A DNA stretch of 64,000 bases from an uncultured Eubacteriales bacterium. Its GTDB lineage: Bacteria; Bacillota; Clostridia; Lachnospirales; Lachnospiraceae. Shown piece after piece: positions 49,317 to 58,108 of this stretch (position 1 is its first letter; every line of letters begins with the position of its first letter). The stretch spans positions 12,906-76,905 of the forward strand of contig CASDVE010000012.1 in NCBI GenBank assembly GCA_949284175.1, in the 5' to 3' direction. The notes under the pieces were generated by a model. The model was not told the origin of the DNA and ran no database searches. It worked only from the letters and a program-made list of their open reading frames with translations. The position numbers were made by a program, and so were the translations under genes.

Positions 49317-50222
49317 ATGGAACAAACACTTTCTCTTTATAAAATTTTTAATACTGTGGCAAAAACTGGAAACATTTCTCATGCCGGGAAGGAACTCTAT
49401 ATTAGTCAACCTGCCATCAGTAAATCCATCAGTCACTTAGAGGAAGCTCTTGGAACAATCCTTTTTATTCGAACTTCTCGCGGAGTGAAACTCACACCAG
49501 AGGGAAAACTGCTCTATGAACATACAAAATCCGCCTTTGATATGATCAGTCAAGGAGAGGAACAATTAAAAAAAATGCAGGATCTTGGCGTAGGCGAAAT
49601 TCATATCGGCGTTACAACAACCCTTTGTAAATTCCTACTCCTTCCTATTTTAAAAGAATTCTTACATGAATATCCCCATATAAAAATTAATATTGAATGC
49701 CAGTCAACGGCTGATACGATCTCTTTACTAGAGAGCGGACAGTTGGATTTGGGACTTATCATTATGCCCCACTCCAATCCCACTTTAGAATTTTATCCCT
49801 ATATAGAAATTGAAGATATTTTTGTTTGCACCAAACAGTACTTGAAAAATCTAAAAAAGAGATACCCAGCCGATGAAAAGAAACCCGATATTTTTCGGGA
49901 TGCCAATTTAATGATGCTTGGCAAATCCAATGTGACAAGACAACACCTTGATCACTATTTAAGCACGTTTGACATTGAAGCAAATGCAGTTTTGGAAGTT
50001 ACGGATATGGATCTCTTAATTGATTTTGCTAAAATTGGCATGGGAATTGCTGGTGTTGTCAAAGAATTTGTTAAAAAAGAATTAGAATCAGGAGAACTCA
50101 TTGAACTTCCCATTCCTTTTTCTATTCCAAAAAGAACTGTGGTATTCACCCATCATAAATCCATAATCAAATCGAATGCACTGGAAAATTTCCTTGATTT
50201 TGTAAAACAAAACCTCCTTTAA
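49317..50222 (+). CDS. LysR-family transcriptional regulator
   Basis: N-terminal wHTH (LYISQPAISKSISHLEEALG) and a C-terminal substrate-binding domain; 301 aa. Confidence 0.9.
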   Translation: MEQTLSLYKIFNTVAKTGNISHAGKELYISQPAISKSISHLEEALGTILFIRTSRGVKLTPEGKLLYEHTKSAFDMISQGEEQLKKMQDLGVGEIHIGVTTTLCKFLLLPILKEFLHEYPHIKINIECQSTADTISLLESGQLDLGLIIMPHSNPTLEFYPYIEIEDIFVCTKQYLKNLKKRYPADEKKPDIFRDANLMMLGKSNVTRQHLDHYLSTFDIEANAVLEVTDMDLLIDFAKIGMGIAGVVKEFVKKELESGELIELPIPFSIPKRTVVFTHHKSIIKSNALENFLDFVKQNLL

Positions 50223-50290
50223 ATGTTCAAAACAATTCGAATAGACTTCCCTAATTTGGGAATACTATAAATCGAAAGGAGGCTGAACAC

Positions 50291-50506
50291 ATGGGCAGTA
50301 AAATTTTAAATTATATCGCTCTTATCCTCGTGATTATCGGAGCTGTAAACTGGGGTCTTATTGGTTTAATTAAATTCGATCTTGTAGCTTTTCTCTTTGG
50401 CAACTTATCCTTGCTTTCTCGCATTGTCTATATACTCGTAGGAGTCAGCGGTCTTTACCTTCTGACATTCTTCGGATTTTTAAACGATGTCTCTGATAGA
50501 GAGTAA
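50291..50506 (+). CDS. DUF378 small membrane protein
   Basis: 71 aa, two TM helices, VIIGAVNWGLIGL signature. Confidence 0.75.
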   Translation: MGSKILNYIALILVIIGAVNWGLIGLIKFDLVAFLFGNLSLLSRIVYILVGVSGLYLLTFFGFLNDVSDRE

Positions 50507-50522
50507 CCCTTTGCTTTTGCAT

Positions 50523-50558
50523 AAAAAAAGACTGTTGTATAAAACAACAGTCTTTTTT
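50523..50558. terminator. Bidirectional terminator
   Basis: AAAGACTGTTGT / ACAACAGTCTTT stem flanked by A- and T-tracts. Confidence 0.8.
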
Positions 50559-50616
50559 CGTAGTAATAGTAGTAGATAGTAGTATTTATAGTAAAGTATT
50601 ACTAGCAAGATATTTT

Positions 50617-50793
50617 TCACTGGCGGTGACTATGACAAATATCGGAGCTAGCACAGCCTTTACACCCACAGCCACAACCACCTTTTCCAGTTTTTTTATC
50701 TTTTCTCATAGACCTAATCACAAAAAATATAATAAGTAAGAGGATGATTCCCACAAGAATCGTTCCTATATTTGCCGATAACCATGTAAACAT
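50617..50793 (-). CDS. FeoB-associated Cys-rich membrane peptide
   Basis: Hand translation gives MFTWLSANIGTILVGIILLLIIFFVIRSMRKDKKTGKGGCGCGCKGCASSDICHSHRQ* (58 aa). It has one TM helix and a CGCGCKGC tail, and starts 18 nt after the feoB stop. It is below the ORF-track cutoff. Confidence 0.75.
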   Translation of the reverse strand: MFTWLSANIGTILVGIILLLIIFFVIRSMRKDKKTGKGGCGCGCKGCASSDICHSHRQ

Positions 50794-50810
50794 TTCTGTG
50801 CCTCCTTTCT

Positions 50811-52949
50811 TTAGGCTCTAACGCCTGCTTTCATTTTTATGTTTAATGTATTATTTTCTTTATATGGACGAACTAGCATATAGATGAAGAATGCGATGAT
50901 CGCAAATGCAACTGCGGTAAAGATTCCAAATGTTCCTCCTGTTAAAAGACTACCGATTTGATAAATACAAAGGGAAACTGCATAGGCAAATACACATTGA
51001 TACCCAATTGCAAACCATGTCCATTTTGCATTATTCATTTCTCTTCTGATTGCACCAATCGCTGCAAAACAAGGAGCACATAATAAGTTAAATACTAAGA
51101 AAGAATAAGCAGCAAGAGCTGTATAGCTTGATGCAAGTGTTCCCCAGTATTCTTGTCCTTCTTCTCCTACTTCGCCAAATCCAAATAAAACACCAAATGT
51201 CTGAACAACATTTTCTTTTGCTACAAGACCTGTGATGGCAGCAACTGCTGCTTTCCAATCTCCCCATCCAAGAGGAGCAAAAATCCAAGCAATAAGACTT
51301 CCAATCTGTGCGAGGAAACCATCAGAGAGATCTTCTACCATTCCAATGTGTCCATCAACGATTCCTACATTGGATGTGAACCAAACAATGATGGAAGATA
51401 AAAGAATGATCGTTCCAGCTTTTTTAATAAAGGACCAACCACGTTCCCACATACTTCTTAATACGTTCATTGCCGTTGGCATATGGTAAGCTGGTAATTC
51501 CATAACGAATGGTGCTGGATCACCAGCGAACATACGAGTTTTCTTTAAAATAATACCGGATAGGATAATAGCAGCAACTCCGACAAAATATGCACTTGGT
51601 GCTACCCACCATGCTCCGTCAAATAATGCTCCAGCAATCAGAGCAATAATTGGTAACTTCGCTCCACAAGGAATGAAGGTTGTTGTCATAATTGTCATTT
51701 TACGGTCGCGGTCATTTTCAATTGTTCTAGATGCCATAACACCTGGAACACCACAACCTGTTCCAATTAACATTGGAATGAAAGATTTTCCTGATAAACC
51801 GAATTTGCGGAAAATACGGTCCATAATAAAAGCAATACGAGCCATATATCCACAGGATTCAAGAAATGCTAAGAAGAAAAACAGCACTAACATCTGTGGT
51901 ACGAAACCAAGCACTGCACCTACACCAGCTACAATACCATCTTGAATCAAACTTGCAAGCCAATCAGCACAATGAATGGCAGTTAAAAAGCTGTCCACCG
52001 CTCCTGGAACAATTTCACCAAACAACACATCATTTGTCCAATCCGTTGCCCAAGTACCAACTGTACTGATGGAGATATAGTATACAAGCCCCATAATGAC
52101 GGCAAAGATTGGGAGTGCAAGGAAACGGTTTGTAACCACTTGGTCGATTTTATCAGAAGTTGTCATCCTTCCTTTACTTTTTCTTGTACAACATTTTTCA
52201 ATGATAGAAGAAATATAGGTATAACGTTCATTGGTTATAATACTTTCTGCATCATCATCCATCTTATCCTCTAATTCTGTGATAAGATTTTCTATATCCA
52301 CTGGAGTTTTTAACTGATCTCCAATCTTATTATCACGCTCGAATAATTTAATTGCAAAGAATCTCTTTTTCTCTTCTGCAACACCAGTCAATTGAGCTTC
52401 AATTAACTCTAATGTATGCTCTACTTCTGCATCGAACTTATGAACAGGCACAGAGCGTTTTGCACTAGCAACGGAAATGGCTTTTTCTGCTGCTTTCATA
52501 ACATTTGTGCCTTTTAATGCTGAAATTTCAATAACGGGGCATCCAAGTTTCTTTTCCAACTCATTGATATGTACTTGATCCCCATTCTTTTGCACAATAT
52601 CCATCATATTAACAGCCATAACAACTGGAATCCCAAGTTCCATAAGCTGTGTGGATAAATAAAGATTACGCTCTAAGTTCGTACCATCCACAATATTTAA
52701 AATTGCATCTGGACTCTCACCCAATAGATAATTTCTCGCAACCACTTCTTCTAAAGTATATGGAGATAAGGAATAAATACCTGGAAGGTCAGTGATAATC
52801 ACATCTTTATGGCCTTTCAATCTTCCTTCTTTCTTTTCAACAGTAACACCTGGCCAGTTTCCTACAAACTGGTTGGCACCTGTTAAAGCATTAAATAATG
52901 TCGTCTTTCCGCAGTTTGGATTGCCGGCAAGTGCTATTTTTAATGACAT
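50811..52949 (-). CDS. feoB: Ferrous iron transporter FeoB
   Basis: N-terminal G-domain (GNPNCGKTTLFN, DLPG) followed by a polytopic permease; 712 aa. Confidence 0.95.
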   Translation of the reverse strand: MSLKIALAGNPNCGKTTLFNALTGANQFVGNWPGVTVEKKEGRLKGHKDVIITDLPGIYSLSPYTLEEVVARNYLLGESPDAILNIVDGTNLERNLYLSTQLMELGIPVVMAVNMMDIVQKNGDQVHINELEKKLGCPVIEISALKGTNVMKAAEKAISVASAKRSVPVHKFDAEVEHTLELIEAQLTGVAEEKKRFFAIKLFERDNKIGDQLKTPVDIENLITELEDKMDDDAESIITNERYTYISSIIEKCCTRKSKGRMTTSDKIDQVVTNRFLALPIFAVIMGLVYYISISTVGTWATDWTNDVLFGEIVPGAVDSFLTAIHCADWLASLIQDGIVAGVGAVLGFVPQMLVLFFFLAFLESCGYMARIAFIMDRIFRKFGLSGKSFIPMLIGTGCGVPGVMASRTIENDRDRKMTIMTTTFIPCGAKLPIIALIAGALFDGAWWVAPSAYFVGVAAIILSGIILKKTRMFAGDPAPFVMELPAYHMPTAMNVLRSMWERGWSFIKKAGTIILLSSIIVWFTSNVGIVDGHIGMVEDLSDGFLAQIGSLIAWIFAPLGWGDWKAAVAAITGLVAKENVVQTFGVLFGFGEVGEEGQEYWGTLASSYTALAAYSFLVFNLLCAPCFAAIGAIRREMNNAKWTWFAIGYQCVFAYAVSLCIYQIGSLLTGGTFGIFTAVAFAIIAFFIYMLVRPYKENNTLNIKMKAGVRA

Positions 52950-52962
52950 TTTGTTTCCTCCC

Positions 52963-52981
52963 TTTGGTTAGAATAGCCTAA
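52963..52981. promoter_or_regulatory. DtxR/IdeR-like operator between feoA and feoB
   Basis: TTTGGTTAGAATAGCCTAA matches 15 of 19 positions of TTAGGTTAGCCTAACCTAA by my hand count. It lies just upstream of the feoB RBS. Confidence 0.45.
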
Positions 52982-53038
52982 CTCTGCGTTTTTATAAAAG
53001 AATCTGTTCCCAGATTCTTTTTACTCGTTTTTTTATAC

Positions 53039-53260
53039 TTATTGAACTTCAATCATCTCTGCATCCGCTTTTCGCAAAGATAATTCGTATCCTCTAACAT
53101 TGACTTCTACGGGATCGCCAAGAGGTGCTACTTTACGAATGAAAACTTCTGTTCCCTTCGTAATTCCCATATCCATGATACGACGTTTTACGGCTCCTTC
53201 GCCATGAAGTTTTACCACCTTAACTGTCATACCGCACTTTGCATCCTTTAATGTTGTCAT
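53039..53260 (-). CDS. feoA: FeoA family protein
   Basis: 73-aa SH3-like FeoA (VKLHGEGAVKRRIMDMGITKGTEV). Confidence 0.85.
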   Translation of the reverse strand: MTTLKDAKCGMTVKVVKLHGEGAVKRRIMDMGITKGTEVFIRKVAPLGDPVEVNVRGYELSLRKADAEMIEVQ

Positions 53261-53298
53261 ACCGTACTCCTTTCCCTCTAAACTCTTTAGAATATCAT

Positions 53299-53511
53299 TT
53301 ATACCATAATTTTGCTAGCCATTTCTTGGCTAATCGCAACTCTTGAATCTTTTACATTCACAATTACATTTCCATTATTTTTGGCGATCAGCATAACATC
53401 AGAACCTACTACAAAGCCAAGTGTTTCTAAAAATCGTCTTGTTTCTTCTTTTCCACCAATTCTCTTAATAGAATTTACTTCACCTGGTACAGCCATTGAT
53501 AAAGGCATCAT
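53299..53511 (-). CDS. feoA: FeoA family protein (second copy)
   Basis: 70 aa, with RRFLETLGFVVGSDV, the FeoA pattern. Confidence 0.8.
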   Translation of the reverse strand: MMPLSMAVPGEVNSIKRIGGKEETRRFLETLGFVVGSDVMLIAKNNGNVIVNVKDSRVAISQEMASKIMV

Positions 53512-53530
53512 ACAACACTCCCTTTCTATT

Positions 53531-53577
53531 TTAGGTTAGCTTTCACTAATCATACTATATAAGTTAGCACTCCCTAA
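53531..53577. promoter_or_regulatory. Two DtxR/IdeR-like operators upstream of feoA
   Basis: TTAGGTTAGCTTTCACTAA (53531-53549; 15 of 19 to the DtxR consensus) and ATAAGTTAGCACTCCCTAA (53559-53577; 13 of 19), both by hand count. Confidence 0.5.
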
Positions 53578-53802
53578 CCACTTTGTCAAGAAATTTTTCC
53601 AATATTTTTACATTTTTTTAATTTTTATAAACTTACAATAGCTCTCTTCCCTTTAAATGGAGAGATGACTCGGCAGTGCTAGTTGCATTCACAGTCTATA
53701 TCTGTTATCATAGATATATGGATTTGTACAACAACAACTGGATATATCGGGTTACATAGAAAAACCCGTAAACACTAGAAAATACTGAAGGGGACTTGTA
53801 TT

Positions 53803-54186
53803 ATGAAAATTCAAGAATCTGCTGAAAATTATTTGGAAACTATTCTTGTTCTCAGAAGAGAAAAAGGCAATGTTCGTTCTATTGATATTGTAAATGAACT
53901 TGGTTTTTCAAAACCCAGCGTCAGTGTTGCGATGAAACATCTGCGGGAAGACGGCTATGTGACAGTCAATGAAAATGGTTCCATTGACTTGACAGATAAA
54001 GGCATGGAAATTGCCAATAAGATCTATGAACGTCACACATTAATCTCTGACTGGCTCATTCAGTTAGGTGTTCCAAAGGAAATTGCTTTGGAAGATGCTT
54101 GCCGTATGGAGCATGTCATCAGCACTGAAAGTTTTGAAGCATTGAAAGAACACGTCTTTCATAAGAATAAAAACGAACAACGATGA
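53803..54186 (+). CDS. DtxR-family metal-dependent transcriptional regulator (short form, no SH3-like domain)
   Basis: ESAENYLETILVL...RSIDIVNELGFSKPSVSVAMKHLREDGYV wHTH plus a dimerisation helix; 127 aa. Confidence 0.85.
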   Translation: MKIQESAENYLETILVLRREKGNVRSIDIVNELGFSKPSVSVAMKHLREDGYVTVNENGSIDLTDKGMEIANKIYERHTLISDWLIQLGVPKEIALEDACRMEHVISTESFEALKEHVFHKNKNEQR

Positions 54187-54190
54187 GAAA

Positions 54191-54237
54191 AAACAGCAAC
54201 GGTTTTAGAAAATATATAAAACCGTTGCTGTTTTTTT
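54191..54237. terminator. Bidirectional terminator
   Basis: 16-bp stem AAACAGCAACGGTTTT / AAAACCGTTGCTGTTT followed by a T-tract. Confidence 0.85.
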
Positions 54238-54273
54238 ATAAAAATAACATAAAATTCTCTTTGTTAGATCAAA

Positions 54274-55473
54274 TTATTTTGTGTAGTTATCAAAATATCC
54301 TTGTACATAAATAATTGGTGTTCCTTTATCTCCACTTCCACTTGTTAAGTCAGCTAAAGAACCAATTAAATCTGTAAGACGTCTTGGAGTTGTTCCTTGT
54401 GTTACCATCTGTCCAACAAGGCTATCCGCTTTTTCATCTTTATCTTTAATATATCCTTTGATAGCCTCTTGTAATTCATCTCCGGATAAACCTGCAAAAT
54501 CATTGTCTGCTAAGTATTTTAATTTTACTTCGTTTGGTGTTCCTTCTAATCCCTTTGTATACGCAGGAGATACTACTGGATCGGCTAATTCCCAGATTTT
54601 TCCAACCGGATCTTTAAACGCACCATCGCCATATACCATGACTTCCACTTGCTTTCCAGTTTTTTCGATCATGCTTTGTTGAACAGCATTTACAAATGTA
54701 TTGCAATTGATTGGAAATAATTTTACAGTTTCTTCTGTTGCTTTGTTAGAACCTAATAAACCGTAAGAGTCATTGTATCCACTTCCATCAATGCTCTCTC
54801 TCATAATATCATCAATTCCGTATACTTTTTCTGCTCCATTATCTTTTAAGATACGTTTTGTTCTTTGTCTTGTATGAATATCACAAGTCAATACACTTTT
54901 TGTATAATTTAAAATCGCTTTTGGATTATTAGCAAAAATGATTTCTACTTCTGCACCAGCTTCTTTAATTAAGCTCTTATAATACTCTACATAGTCAACA
55001 CCTGTGAATACGTGTTTTTCGTATCCAAAGAGTTCTCTATATTTTTCTTCTGTTAAAACATCGCTCCATGGATTCACACCTTTTTCGTCCATAATATCCA
55101 AGTCGATTAAGTGGTTTCCAACTTCATCAGATGGGTAGCTTAACATAAGAACTACTTTTTTACATCCTTTTGCAATTCCTTTTAAACAGATGGAAAAACG
55201 GTTACGGCTTAAAATTGGGAAAATGACACCAACCGTATCATCACCAAATTTGCTCTTCACATCCTTTGCGATGTCATCAATATGAGCATAATTTCCTTGT
55301 GCTCTAGCCACAACAGCCTCTGTTACAGCGATTACGTCTTTATCACGGATTTCAAATTTCTCAGACTCTGCTGCACGTAATACAGAATCCACTACGATCT
55401 GTACAAGATCATCTCCTTCGCGGATAATTGGTGCTCGAACACCTCTTGATACAGTTCCAACCATTCTATCCAT
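54274..55473 (-). CDS. CofE-like (F420-0:gamma-glutamyl ligase family, PF01996-like) protein
   Basis: N-terminal RGVRAPIIREGDDLVQIV...DKDVIAVTEAVVARAQG pattern, as is typical of the family. About 399 aa from the ATG at 55473. Confidence 0.5.
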   Translation of the reverse strand: MDRMVGTVSRGVRAPIIREGDDLVQIVVDSVLRAAESEKFEIRDKDVIAVTEAVVARAQGNYAHIDDIAKDVKSKFGDDTVGVIFPILSRNRFSICLKGIAKGCKKVVLMLSYPSDEVGNHLIDLDIMDEKGVNPWSDVLTEEKYRELFGYEKHVFTGVDYVEYYKSLIKEAGAEVEIIFANNPKAILNYTKSVLTCDIHTRQRTKRILKDNGAEKVYGIDDIMRESIDGSGYNDSYGLLGSNKATEETVKLFPINCNTFVNAVQQSMIEKTGKQVEVMVYGDGAFKDPVGKIWELADPVVSPAYTKGLEGTPNEVKLKYLADNDFAGLSGDELQEAIKGYIKDKDEKADSLVGQMVTQGTTPRRLTDLIGSLADLTSGSGDKGTPIIYVQGYFDNYTK

Positions 55474-55556
55474 AGTTTTTCGTTCCTCCAAAATTTACAT
55501 TGATTTACATTCCGGCGAAAAAGCGTCGTATGCATTACTATTATAGCGACATCAAC

Positions 55557-55607
55557 GACAAAAAGCAACCGAAAGAAACGCATTTTTTACATTTCTTCCG
55601 ATTGCTT
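55557..55607 (-). terminator. Terminator of the YitT gene
   Basis: 16-bp stem (two G-U pairs), minus strand AAGCAATCGGAAGAAA...TTTCTTTCGGTTGCTT, followed by TTTTG. Confidence 0.65.
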
Positions 55608-55673
55608 TCTTTTTATGTCAATTCTTCTCCGTGGCTGACAATGACTTTTTTATTCCAATCAAAGGAACATTTT

Positions 55674-56552
55674 TTATTTCTTTTCATCTCCAAATTGAAG
55701 CATTTTAAATCCTTCTCCATGTACCTCATTGGATTCTAAAATAATCACAAAACTTTTTGGATCGGCTTCCTTTACTGCTGTTTGTACTTCATACATTTCT
55801 TTATTATTGCAAGCACACATAACAACATCTTTGTCCTCTCCTTGATAACCACCGGTTGCTTTTAGTAATGTAGAGCCTCTTTCACAAGTTTTATCAATGA
55901 CATCGGATATTTTTCTTCCATCTTCTGTTACAATAAATGCCAATTTTCCTGCGTTAACGCCGTACATCACCTTATCCACCACAACTGCAAATAGGTAACT
56001 TACAATGGCTCCATAAATCAGACCATCAATGTCCATAAAAACTGCACTTCCTAGCAAGATCACAAGGAGATCAAAAACTAAAATAATTTTTCCAAGAGGT
56101 AAATGAGGATACAATGCTTTGATCGCCATCGTAATAAAGTCTGCCCCTCCTGTTGATGAATTTTGTTTATAAATAAGAGCATATCCATATCCAGAAATGA
56201 CACCAGTACAAATGGCAGCCAACAGTCGACTTCCATTATATGTTGGTAAGAATGGTGCTACATAATCCATCATCACAGAAGATAAAAGCATACACCAAAG
56301 GGAGCGTAAAAAGAAACGTTTCCCCAATACTCTATAACAAAATAGTGCAATTGGAACATTTAATAAAATTGTTCCAACTCCAATCGGCAGATGAAATAAA
56401 CGATTTAAAATAATTGCAATTCCTGCAAATCCTGTCATTGGAAACTCTGCATTGACTGCAAAATTATAAATTCCAATTGCCACAAGAAAACTTCCAATGA
56501 ACTCCATGCAAGTTCTCTTTATATTTTCTTTCCCAAATACTCTATTTTTCAT
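55674..56552 (-). CDS. YitT-family membrane protein (with C-terminal DUF2179)
   Basis: Five to six TM helices and a C-terminal soluble domain (GSTLLKATGGYQGEDKDVVMC). Confidence 0.8.
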   Translation of the reverse strand: MKNRVFGKENIKRTCMEFIGSFLVAIGIYNFAVNAEFPMTGFAGIAIILNRLFHLPIGVGTILLNVPIALFCYRVLGKRFFLRSLWCMLLSSVMMDYVAPFLPTYNGSRLLAAICTGVISGYGYALIYKQNSSTGGADFITMAIKALYPHLPLGKIILVFDLLVILLGSAVFMDIDGLIYGAIVSYLFAVVVDKVMYGVNAGKLAFIVTEDGRKISDVIDKTCERGSTLLKATGGYQGEDKDVVMCACNNKEMYEVQTAVKEADPKSFVIILESNEVHGEGFKMLQFGDEKK

Positions 56553-56713
56553 TCATATCCGACCTCCTTATTATCAGTATCCCATCATTCTATTTTTTTA
56601 ATCTATTCTGCCCTCTCCATCCTTTTATTTTATGAGAAAAAAACAAAAGTTCATAGGCAAATTCTGTTCCTTTTATTGCAAACTTGGTTATAGAATAAAT
56701 AATGAAATATATA

Positions 56714-56762
56714 CAAAAAAAGAGCATTTTTAGATTCCTTATAATCCGCAAATGCTCTTTTC
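56714..56762. terminator. Terminator downstream of the NMT1-type ABC operon
   Basis: AAAGAGCATTT / AAATGCTCTTT stem with flanking A/T tracts. Confidence 0.7.
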
Positions 56763-56768
56763 CTAATT

Positions 56769-57332
56769 TTATAATTGTATCATTTCCGCTTGCAAAAGCG
56801 AAACTTCTTCTTTTGAATGGGTGGAAATTAAAAGTGTCCTTCCCTTTTGTTGTTCTAATACATATTGAATGACTTCTTTTTTTGTATCCAAATCAAGTCC
56901 CGTAAACGGTTCATCCATAAGAACCAAAGAAGACTCTGCCACCATAGCTCTAACAATGGCAACACGCCGTTTCATGCCACCGCTTAATTCTGATACTTTT
57001 TTCTTTTCCATGCCCTCTAGCTTCACTTTTTGTAAGTGTCTAGCTATATCAATGGATTGTTTTTTCTTTTGTACTAAAGCGATATTTTTCTCCACAGTCG
57101 CCCACTCAAACAGTCGATTTTCTTGAAAAACAACGGATACTTTTTTCATGGCATCCCATACAATCTCTCCTTGATCGTACGTTTCTAAACCTGCTATCAT
57201 CCGAAGTAATGTTGTTTTTCCTCTTCCGGATTCGCCCATAATGCAATAACGACTTCCCTGTTTGAATGACGCATTATAGTCATGAAAAATCTCTTTCGTT
57301 CCATACTGTTTTTGAATACGTAAAAGTTCCAT
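56769..57332 (-). CDS. ABC transporter ATP-binding protein (short NitT/TauT-type)
   Basis: Walker A GESGRGKTT, LSGGMKRR, Walker B LVLMDEP, H-loop STHS; only 187 aa. Confidence 0.8.
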   Translation of the reverse strand: MELLRIQKQYGTKEIFHDYNASFKQGSRYCIMGESGRGKTTLLRMIAGLETYDQGEIVWDAMKKVSVVFQENRLFEWATVEKNIALVQKKKQSIDIARHLQKVKLEGMEKKKVSELSGGMKRRVAIVRAMVAESSLVLMDEPFTGLDLDTKKEVIQYVLEQQKGRTLLISTHSKEEVSLLQAEMIQL

Positions 57333-57334
57333 CC

Positions 57335-58108
57335 CTACTCCCTTTTTTCTTCATAACAATCCTTTGAAAGAGTAAACAAAAACTTCATCACACATCGCTC
57401 AAATATCCAACTCAAAAGAATCATTGTGAGCGTCCATGCAAATAAATCGGCAGTTTCTAAAGAAATCTTTGCCATATAAAGTCGCTCTCCAATGGAATGC
57501 TCTGGTATTCCGATCACTTCTCCAGCGATTCCAGATTTCCAACCTAGTCCAATGGTAATCCTTACACTATTGATAAGAAATGGAATACAAGCTGGTCGAT
57601 ACACATACCATATCTTTTTCCATAGAGAAAACTCAAACACGTTTGCCACTTCTAACAATTCCTTTTGGGCGGATGAAAGTCCAGTGATCATTCCCTGATA
57701 GGCGATGGGCATGGCTACCACAAAAACGACAAAAAACGTTAGATTCTCAGATCCCATCCAAATCAATGCCAAAATGACAAAGGAAGCGACTGGTATTGTT
57801 TTTATCAAATTGATTATGGGTGCTAAAAGTTCCCGTATAAAAGAATTTTTATATGCTAAAGTCCCAGCAAGCATTCCCGCTGTCCATGCAATGCAAAGTC
57901 CACCTAAAATCCGCAAACTAGAAAACCCTATCACTTGATAAAACGATTTCGTCATAACAAGAGAAAACATTCGTTTTGCTACGGTAGTCGGCGTCACCAA
58001 AACAATGGGATTATCAACTAAAAGTGCTACGCCTTCCCAAACCGCTATCCAAAACAAGAGGATGATTCCTTGTTTTAATCGTTTTTTATTGGATATAATA
58101 GAAATCAT
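57335..58108 (-). CDS. ABC transporter permease (NitT/TauT-type)
   Basis: Six-TM BPD-type permease, 257 aa. Confidence 0.8.
   Translation of the reverse strand: MISIISNKKRLKQGIILLFWIAVWEGVALLVDNPIVLVTPTTVAKRMFSLVMTKSFYQVIGFSSLRILGGLCIAWTAGMLAGTLAYKNSFIRELLAPIINLIKTIPVASFVILALIWMGSENLTFFVVFVVAMPIAYQGMITGLSSAQKELLEVANVFEFSLWKKIWYVYRPACIPFLINSVRITIGLGWKSGIAGEVIGIPEHSIGERLYMAKISLETADLFAWTLTMILLSWIFERCVMKFLFTLSKDCYEEKRE

Noticed and set aside
50559-50612. TAGTA-rich tract (GTAGTAATAGTAGTAGATAGTAGTATTTATAGTAAAGTATTACTAG) between the bidirectional terminator and the Cys-rich peptide gene.
   Set aside because: I considered it as a possible tandem repeat or sRNA. The units are irregular, with no clean period or stem. 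It is best explained as a low-complexity A/T-rich 3' UTR.
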